Assembly: GCF_006345805.1 (NCBI RefSeq)
Contig: NW_021827631.1
Location: 1-10,106, forward strand
Direction of reading: 5' to 3'
Length of the DNA: 10,106 bases
From: Octopus sinensis
Taxonomy: Eukaryota
The position numbers and the translations under genes are program-made. Position 1 is the first letter of the stretch; each line of letters begins with the position of its first letter. Below are positions 1 through 7,637 of the stretch, in pieces. The notes beneath the pieces were generated by a model that was not told where the DNA came from, did not search any database, and worked only from the letters and a program-made list of their open reading frames with translations.

Positions 1-334
1 ACTAAAAATTTTGAACTTCGTATACTGGTAGAACGTGTTATGAATATCTTTTCTCTTGGCTTTATTGAGAAAATTATAGTTTGTAAGAATTTGTTGTTGT
101 TTTTCTTCAATTTCTGCAATTTCAACAATCAATGATGTCCATTGAGGTAACAAAAAAAAACATTCTGTGCCGTATGAATATGTCCCTCGTTTAAGAAACA
201 GATTGGGTTTATTTACATTTGTCTGACAACATTGATTTGATGGAGGGAATAAGTATTGTGCGGCACAAACACCTGGTCATTATGAACAAATCGAAGTCGG
301 TAAGCTGGCAGAAACGGTATAGCACGTTTATTAG

Positions 335-367
<33 letters not shown>

Positions 368-404
368 GAAAGTAGAGGAAAGCTAGAGAAGAGAGAGAGA
401 GAGA
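335..404. repeat. (TA)n tract (335-367) and short (GA)n tract (385-404)
   Basis: Read directly from sequence. Confidence 0.9.
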
Positions 405-607
405 TTGGGAGAGGGGAAGTCAGAGAGAAATGAGTGTATGTTGTGACTGGAGACTTCAAATTTCGCTACTATAGATATATATATTTCACCTCTAAATAAG
501 TTCCTCCGCTCTATATTTAGTATAGAACGTTGTGAGTTTATTAATCGTGTTTAATCGTTATCTACGTATATATATACGCACATACACTTGTGTGTCTCTG
601 ATGTTTC

Positions 608-647
608 TATGTATGTATGTATGTATGTATGTATGTATGTATGTATG
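608..647. repeat. (TATG)10 tetranucleotide microsatellite
   Basis: Perfect tandem TATG run. Confidence 0.95.
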
Positions 648-784
648 CGTGCATAATTTTGATGTATGTGGGTATATACACACTCATCCTTAAAATAGGG
701 TGTATATCTGTATAGAATAATATATATGATTACTTATATGCAGGGTGAATGAGTGTGGAGGTGTAAGGTATGTGTATGTGTAGA

Positions 785-813
785 ATATATATATATATAT
801 ATAATATATATAT

Positions 814-869
<56 letters not shown>

Positions 870-963
870 CATACATACATATACAATCATAAAATAGGCT
901 GCTTGCGTAGAATGTATATATGTGTGTATGTGTGTATAAGAATATACATAAATATATGCATAG

Positions 964-1005
<42 letters not shown>
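785..1005. repeat. Compound microsatellite block: (TA)n, (GA)n 830-867, degenerate TA/TG, (TG)n 965-1005
   Basis: Read directly from sequence. Confidence 0.95.
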
Positions 1006-1010
<5 letters not shown>

Positions 1011-1138
1011 GGAGGGAGAGATTTGCCCGGTGATTTATCAGTTTGATGGACAAACAGACAGACATAAGGATGATGACCGGACAATTGGTCTGACAAGAGT
1101 TGTTAATTGGACATTCGGCACCGGAATAGAACCATACA

Positions 1139-1148
1139 GTCACGTGAC
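1139..1148. promoter_or_regulatory. Perfect palindromic extended E-box GTCACGTGAC (MiT/TFE CLEAR-type or USF-type motif); function unproven
   Basis: The 10-bp palindrome is present exactly; motif identity is established knowledge; a single site can arise by chance. Confidence 0.2.
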
Positions 1149-1157
1149 CGTAGTGTA

Positions 1158-1349
1158 TTGCTGCTGTTGTTGTTGTTGTTGTTGTTGTTGCTGCTGCTGC
1201 TGCTCGGTCGTAGTTGTTCCCATTGTTGTTGCTGTTGCCGGTAATGGTAATGGCGGTGGGGTTATTGATTTTGGAAGCGCTATTGTTGATGTTGTTGTTG
1301 TTGTTGTTGAAGTTGTGGCTATTGTTGTTGTGGTGGTTGTTTTGGGAAT
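1158..1349. repeat. Degenerate (TTG/CTG)n trinucleotide tracts (CAA/CAG on minus strand)
   Basis: 15 consecutive TTG/CTG triplets at 1158-1202, plus further TTG-rich runs to about 1349. Confidence 0.85.
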
Positions 1350-1511
1350 CTATTCTTGCTGCTGTGACGTTCCGAGCATGGCTCATCGTCAGACATCGAA
1401 AGAAATTCCAGGGAAGAGGAAAAACTGCGAGAAACAGATGGTCAAGAGTGAAGCTCGCGGGCCGCCACTTGAAGTTAGTTTCAAGTAGACCTTTTAAAAA
1501 ATAAATTGTAA

Positions 1512-1927
1512 GCAGGAGTGGCTGTGTGGTAAGTAGCTTGCTAACCAACCACATGGTTCCGGGTTCAGTCCCACTGTGTGGCATCTTGGGCAAGTGTCTT
1601 CTACTATAGCCTCGGGCCAACCAATGCCTTGTGAGTGGATTTGGTAGACGGAAACTGAAAGAAGCCTGTCGTATATATGTATATATATGTATGTGTGTGT
1701 GTATGTGTGTTTGTGTGTCTGTGTTTGTCTTTCTAGCATTGCTTGACAACCGATGCTGGTGTGTTTACGTCCCCGCCACTTAGCGGTTCGGCAAAAAGAG
1801 ACCGATAGAATAAGTACTGGGCTTACAAAGAATAAGTCCCGGGGTCGATTTGCTCGACTAAAGGCGGTGCTCCAGCATGGCCGCAGTCAAATGACTGGAA
1901 CAAGCGAAAGAGAAAGAGCAAAAGAGT
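1512..1927 (+). mobile_element. tRNA-derived composite SINE, family A, copy 1
   Basis: A-box-like TGGCTGTGTGG (1519-1529), B-box GGTTCAGTCCC (1562-1572), CORE-like CTTGGGCAAGT, internal TA/TG microsatellite (about 1672-1727), conserved right arm and (A)AAGAG-type tail. Aligns end to end with 2509-2885 (minus) and 8254-8651 (plus). Confidence 0.92.
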
Positions 1928-2149
1928 AACTCCGCAGATCTTATGCTAACAGGTTACTCCGAAAGAATAAGTTAGCATTTGAGAGCCTCCTTGCAAATGG
2001 TAACTACAGCGGCCACAAGAAGTTAAACACTTGTTTATTGGTCACAGGTATCCTGTAAATCCATATTTGTATCAAGTGCATAATTCGTACGTATTATGGA
2101 ATGCATTATTTAGTAAACAACAACGAAGTGCTAGCCTGAAATACCACTA

Positions 2150-2297
2150 CACGTGTTTCTATAGCGTGGGTATTTATTACCAATGCGTAGCACGTTACGT
2201 AACGTTACGTATCACAGCGCACCGATTGAAAGTTGAATATCGCCTGATGAAGTGGGATGGTGACGCAAGAATGCACAACGATGTGATGTTATGTAAT
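2150..2297. promoter_or_regulatory. Candidate E-box plus PAR-bZIP/E4BP4 D-box cis-regulatory cluster
   Basis: CACGTG 2150-2155, CACGTT 2191-2196, GTTACGTAAC 2194-2203, GTTACGTAT 2204-2212, GTTATGTAAT 2288-2297. Two are exact RTTAYGTAAY matches. Motifs are seen; function is inferred. Confidence 0.3.
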
Positions 2298-2473
2298 GCA
2301 TTTTGCATCGGTAATAGATAACCAAGTTATTGAGATGCGTATAGTGATATTTTGAGCCATCCAGTCCCTTTTGTTTACTTTATTTACATGTGTTTGTGTG
2401 TTAAAAATCATATAATAAATACACAGTTGTCGGCTGTCTGTCTACTTCTCATTTGAAGCATTCACGGACACGG

Positions 2474-2508
<35 letters not shown>
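2474..2508. repeat. (CA)n(TA)n microsatellite
   Basis: Read directly; abuts the tail of SINE A copy 2. Confidence 0.9.
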
Positions 2509-2685
2509 CTCTTTACTCATTTACTTGTTTCAGTCATTTGACTGCGGCCATGCTGGAGTACCGCCTTTAGTCGAGCAAATCTTTGCAAGCCCAGTACTTA
2601 TTCTATCGGTCTCTTTTGCCGAACCGCTAAGTGACGGGGACGTAAACACACCAGCATCGGTTGTCAAGCAATGCTAGGGGGACAA

Positions 2686-2723
<38 letters not shown>

Positions 2724-2885
2724 GACAGGCTTCTTTCAGTTTCCGTCTACCAAATCCACTCACAAGGCATTGGTCGGCCCGGGGCTATAGTAGAAGACAC
2801 TTGCCCAAGATGCCACGCAGTGGGACTGAACCCTGAGCCATGTGATTGGTTAGCAAGCTACTTACCACACAGCCACTCCTGCGCC
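2509..2885 (-). mobile_element. tRNA-derived composite SINE, family A, copy 2 (inverted; 17-bp internal deletion)
   Basis: Reverse complement begins GGCGCAGGAGTGGCTGTGTGG. About 7 mismatches against copy 1 over the 160-nt head arm by manual alignment. Lacks GAATAAGTCCCGGGGTC relative to copy 1. Confidence 0.92.
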
Positions 2886-3124
2886 TATATATATATACAT
2901 ATACACTACACACATATCCTTACTTCACTTTCTCATGATGAATTTATATATACATAGATACATACACACATGCATACATACATACATTCGTACATACATA
3001 CGTACATGCATACACACATATACATACGTACATACATGCTTACATACATACATACAAACATGCACAGATGTACATACATACAGACACACGTACACACATA
3101 CATACATACATACATGCACATACA

Positions 3125-3155
<31 letters not shown>

Positions 3156-3170
3156 GCAAGTACACATACA
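2886..3170. repeat. Degenerate (TA)n/(TACA)n/(CA)n simple repeat tract
   Basis: Read directly; explains the HT/YI/CV/MY-rich ORFs. Confidence 0.9.
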
Positions 3171-3174
3171 TCAC

Positions 3175-3224
3175 TCCTCCATCTCTCTTAATCTCTCTGC
3201 CTTTCCATTCTCTCCCTCTCCCTC

Positions 3225-3289
<65 letters not shown>
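3175..3289. repeat. (CT)n polypyrimidine tract
   Basis: Read directly. Confidence 0.9.
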
Positions 3290-3364
3290 GACGTCTTATA
3301 TAGGGTCCTTCAAGCTATTTCGATTCAACGTCTGCAGACAGGATTAAAAGATCAACAACTCCTG

Positions 3365-3957
3365 CCACCACCACCATCACCACCTCTACTACCACCACCA
3401 CCACCACCATCACCACCTCTACTACCACCACCACCACCACACCGCCACCACCACTACTCCTCCTATTACTACTATTACTACCTCTACTACTACCACCACC
3501 ACCACCACCACTATCACTACCATAACCATTATTACTACCACCACCACCACCATCATCACCACCACACCACAACTACTACTACCACGACCATCACCATCAT
3601 CATCACCACCACCACTACTACCGCCACCATCATCACCACACCACCACACCACCATCACTACTACTACCACCACCATCATCACACCACCATCACTACTACT
3701 ACCACTACCATCATCACCACACAACCACTACTACTACACCACCGTCATCATCATCACCACCTCACCACCACCACTACTACCACAACTGCTACTACGTTTA
3801 CTTCTACCACCGCCAACACTATTACAATTACTACACTTACTACTACTACTACCACCACCAACACCCCTACTACTACGACTACTGTTGCTGCTACGTTACT
3901 GTAACCACTGCCACCAATATTACTACTACTACTTTTACTAGTACTATTACTGCTGCA

Positions 3958-3998
<41 letters not shown>
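3365..3998. repeat. Degenerate (ACC/ACT/ATC)n trinucleotide tract ending in pure (ACT)n
   Basis: Triplet-periodic, strongly G-poor on the plus strand; the three frames give poly-P/H/T/Y/I. Confidence 0.92.
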
Positions 3999-4035
3999 AT
4001 GAAGATTATCAGTTTCCTTGGCTTCAGTTAGAGCA

Positions 4036-5511
4036 AGTTAAACAACAAGAACAACAAAGGACACATTATTCAATGTAGTCCAAGTTACACAATGCCTGTT
4101 CAGACGATGAGATGGCCAGAGGTGGAACGCCTTTGATCAAACTTCCGTTGTACCAGAACTGACCAGCAACTAAAACAACAATCACAACAAGAGGTCTGAG
4201 AACAGCAAGGAGGGTGACATTAGATCTTGTAGTCCTAGATACACTATGTCCGAATAATAAACGGGATGGTCATAGTTGGAACGACTTTTGAGCATAGTTC
4301 TGCTGGATCAGATAAATACGGACAACGACAAAGGCTGTCACGTTATCATGACAGATATACTATTTTTGAATAAAAGGTGGGGGGATAGTCACGGCTGGAA
4401 GACTTTCGATTAGAGGTCTGCTGGATCAGAATTGACCTGGGGTTAAACGAAGCAAAGACAAATGCAGCAACAAGATAGAGCGATACATTAGATCCTGTGC
4501 TCCTAGATACACTATGTCTGAATAAAAGGTGGGATAGTCACGGCTGGAAGACTTTCGATTAGAGGTCTGCTGGATCAGAACTGACCTGGGGTTAAACGAA
4601 GCAAAGACAAATGCAGCAACAAGATAGAGCGATACATTAGATCCTGTACTCCTAGATACACTATGTCTGAATAAAAGGTGGGATAGTCACGGCTGGAAGA
4701 CTTTCGATTAGAGGTCTGCTGGATCAGAACTGACCTGGGGTTAAACGAAGCAAAGACAAATGCAGCAACAAGATAGAGCGATACATTAGATCCTGTACTC
4801 CTAGATACACTATGTCTGAATAAAAGGTGGGATAGTCACGGCTGGAAGACTTTCGATTAGAGGTCTGCTGGATCAGAACTGACCTGGGGTTAAACGAAGC
4901 AAAGACAAATGCAGCAACAAGATAGAGCGATACATTAGATCCTGTACTCCTAGATACACTATGTCTGAATAAAAGGTGGAATAGTCACGGCTGGAACAGC
5001 TTTGATTAGAGGTCTGCTGGATCAGAACTGACCTAGGTTAGGGTTAGGTCCGCTGGATCATTACCGGCCTGGGGTTAAATGAAACAAAAGAACAGAAACA
5101 AGAAAAAAGAACGACACATTAGACAATGTATTCCTTGATACACTATGTCTGAATAAAAGGTGGGATAGTCACGGCTGGAACAGTTTTGATCATAGGTCCG
5201 CTGGATCATTACCGGCCTGGGGTTACAAGAAAAAAGAACGGCACATTAGACAATGTATTCCTTGATACACTATGTCTGAATGACGAATGGGATGGTCATA
5301 GGTAGAACGCTTTTGATCAGAGGTCTACTGGATCAGTGCCAGCCTGGGGTTAAATGAAGCAAAGACAACAGCAATAACAAAAAAGCGGGACGCATTAGAT
5401 AATGTATTCCTAGATAGATTGTGTCCGAACAAACGATAGGGATGTTCACGGATGGAATATCCTTGATCGTAGGTCCACGGGACCAAGACTGACCTTGGGC
5501 TGAATAGCAGC
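4036..5511. repeat. Tandem array of a 149-bp unit, about 10 copies
   Basis: Anchor GAATAAAAGGTG or variants at 4252, 4368, 4520, 4669, 4818, 4967, 5151, 5278, 5427. Units 4520-4668, 4669-4817 and 4818-4966 are identical; flanking units are diverged. Confidence 0.95.
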
Positions 5512-5528
5512 GATTAGGAAGAGAGAAC

Positions 5529-5773
5529 GATGATGATGATGGTGATGACGACGATGATGAAGATTGTGGTGATGATGATGATGGTGACGATGATGATGAT
5601 GGTGACGATGATGATGATGATGATGATGATTGTGATGATGATTGTGATGATGGTGATGGTGATGATGATGATGATGATGACGATGACGATGATGACGATG
5701 CTCATGGTGATGGTGATGATGATGATGGTGATGGTGATGATGGTGATGGTGATGGTGATGGTGGTGGTGGTGA

Positions 5774-5805
<32 letters not shown>

Positions 5806-7264
5806 ATGATGGTGATGGTGATGGTGATGGTGGTGGTGGTGATGATGATGATGATGATGATGATGGTGATGGTGATGGTGGTGGTGGCGGTGAATATATT
5901 GGTCATGAGGGGGATAATTACGATGATGATGATGAAGATGATGATGATGCTCATGGTGATGGTGATGATGGTGGTGGTGGTGGTGGTGGTGGTGGTGGTG
6001 GTGATGGTGATGATGGTGGTGGTGGTGGTGGTGGTGGTGGTGGTGGTGGTGGTGATGATGGTGGTGGTGGTGGTGATGATGGTGGTGGTGGTGATGATGG
6101 TGGTGGTGGTGGTTATGATGTTAATGATGATGATTGTGATGATGATTGTGATGATGGTGATGGTGATGATGCTGATGATGCCCATCATGATGGTGGCGGT
6201 GATGGCGAGGGAAACATTAAATTGTGATGGGACTAATTGTTCTGCTTAAAACTTGTGAAGTGTTTTCATAGTTTCTGTGTGTGAACGATGGCGGCGGTGG
6301 AGGATGATGGTGGAGGATGATGGTGGAGGATGATGGTGGAGGATGATGGTGGAGGATGATAGTGGAGGATGATGGTGGAGGATGATGGTGGAGGATGATG
6401 GTGGAGGATGATGGTGGAGGATGATGGTGGAGGATGATGGTGGAGGATGATGGTGGCGGTGGTAGTGACGGAGTATGGTAGTGGTGGTTGGTGGTGGTGG
6501 CGGTGGTGGTGACGGAGTACGGTGTTGTTGTTGTTGGTGGTGGTGGTGGTGCGTGATGGTGATGGAGTACGGTGTTGTCGTTGATGAGGTGGTTGTAGTG
6601 GTGTTGTTGTTGTTGGTGGTGGTGGTGGTGATGGTGGCGGAGTATGGTAGTGGTGGGTGATGGTGGTGGTGCCGGTAATAGTGGCGGTGGTGATGGAGCA
6701 CGGCGCTGTCGCTGTTGTTGGTGGTGGTGTTCTTGCGGTGGTGGTGGTAGTAGTGTTGATGACGGAGTACAGTGTTGTTGTTGTGGTGGTGGTGGTGGTG
6801 GTGGTATAGCCCGTGGTAATGAGGGTGAAGACTGGCAGTTGTGGCCGAGTATGGTGGTGGTGGTAGTGGTGGAGAATGACGATAATGGTGTTGACTGCAG
6901 CGGCGGCGGCGATGACTGTGGTGATGGTGGCGGCTGCGGCGGCGGAGTATAATGAAGGTGCTGCTGGTGGCGATGATGGTGGTGGTGGTGGTGGTGGTGA
7001 CGGCGGTGTTGATGATGGAAATGGCGTTAATGACGTGTGGTGGTGGTGGTAGTGGTGGTGGTGGTGGTGGTAGTGGTGGTGGTGGTGGTGGTGGTGGCGA
7101 TACTGGTGTTAATTGCGGCGATGAAGTGATGGTGATGATAGCGTAGCGATTGGTAACGATGTTTGCATATCATAGTGGCCGTGGTGATGGTCGTGGTGGG
7201 AGCGATGACATAGAAAAAGCTGGTTATGGTTGTGGTGGTGGTGGTGGTGGTGGTGGTGGTGGGG
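5529..7264. repeat. Long degenerate (GAT/GGT/GTT)n trinucleotide tract
   Basis: About 1.7 kb, C-poor on the plus strand, with pure (GGT)n runs, for example 5970-6002 and 6015-6053. Confidence 0.92.
6301..6456. repeat. 13-bp minisatellite (AGGATGATGGTGG)12
   Basis: Unit starts at 6301, 6314, 6327 and so on to 6444; only one substitution (6361). Confidence 0.95.
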
Positions 7265-7299
7265 TTTGAAATGGTATGCGAAACTGGTGTAATGATGTT

Positions 7300-7435
7300 G
7301 TTTTTGGCGGCTTGCCCGATATTGGTCATGATTGAGAGATTCAAGATCAAAGACGTTCTTGACGTGACCATCACGTCATTTTATCATCATTATGTTTAAA
7401 ACTATATCTAAGACTACAATAGCCAAGGTGCTCTT
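7300..7435 (-). repeat. Diverged solo monomer of the 149-bp unit, inverted relative to the array
   Basis: 7405-7419 TATCTAAGACTACAA is the reverse complement of 4227-4241 at 14/15. GATCAAAGACGTTCT..TGACCATC near 7345-7372 matches the reverse complement of the GATGGTCA..AGAACGCTTTTGATC block in the 5278 unit. Block order is collinear; boundaries are approximate. Confidence 0.7.
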
Positions 7436-7469
7436 CCACAATTCACTACAGTAATTTGTGGGTGGATAG

Positions 7470-7510
7470 GCTGCTATTTCTGTCAGGTCTAGCTACCATA
7501 TAGAGGTCAC
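7470..7510 (+). repeat. Short interspersed repeat fragment (motif B), also at 7964-8004
   Basis: GCTGCTATTTCTGTCAGGTCTAGCTACCATATAGAGGTCAC matches 7964-8004 at 36/41. Confidence 0.75.
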
Positions 7511-7525
7511 CCTCATTGACTCATG

Positions 7526-7604
7526 CACACACACACACACACACACACACAACACACACACACACACACCACACACACACTACACACACTCACACACACA
7601 CACA
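7526..7604. repeat. Interrupted (CA)n microsatellite
   Basis: Read directly. Confidence 0.92.
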
Positions 7605-7637
7605 TAAGAGTAAGAAGAGATTTGAGGGAGATTTAGC

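Noticed and set aside
296-326. GGTAAGCTGGCAGAAACG as an isolated SINE B A-box head or a splice donor
   Set aside because: Too short, with no B-box or body following, and the upstream plus-strand frame is unconvincing.
1512-1585. tRNA gene at the SINE A heads (also copies 2 and 3)
   Set aside because: A and B boxes are present, but no convincing cloverleaf or oligo-T terminator, and the sequence continues into a shared SINE body.
2031-2321. 96-aa ORF in the unique segment
   Set aside because: Starts at TTG, has no recognisable domain and no splice support.
1494-2957. ORFs 1494-1739, 2453-2677 and 2661-2957 (and 7961-8470, 8464-8646, 9147-9530) with mutually similar peptides
   Set aside because: The similarity comes from translating SINE copies; these are not a protein family.
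2925-3904. Long ORFs rich in HT/YI, poly-P, poly-H and poly-T
   Set aside because: Translations of (TACA)n, (CT)n and (ACC/ACT/ATC)n repeats; no domain and no splice evidence.
4535-4578. Hammerhead ribozyme in the 149-bp unit (minus strand CTGATCCA...CGAAAGTC...GACTA)
   Set aside because: A stem III-like pairing and a CUA triplet exist, but the core is CUGAUCCA rather than CUGANGA, and stems I and II cannot form. An Infernal/Rfam scan would be the definitive check.
4520-4966. CRISPR-like array
   Set aside because: Whole units are identical with no unique spacers, no cas genes, and the context is eukaryotic.
5514-6249. Met-rich ORF (5530-6249, plus) as a reflectin-like protein, and its Ile/Thr antisense ORF
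   Set aside because: Pure ATG/GTG triplet repeat. It lacks the reflectin M/FD(X)5MD(X)5MD motif and the Tyr/Arg/Trp content; both strands are open simply because the repeat has no stops.
6246-7374. Gly/His/Tyr-rich ORFs as beak or sucker-ring structural proteins
   Set aside because: Frames switch repeatedly, the 13-bp unit breaks triplet phase, and there is no signal peptide or stable GGY module.
7360-7378. TGACGTGA-CCA-TCACGTCA inverted repeat as a paired ATF/XBP1-type site
   Set aside because: It lies within the diverged solo satellite monomer and is explained by a few substitutions of the CGTGACCATCCCGT-like unit sequence.
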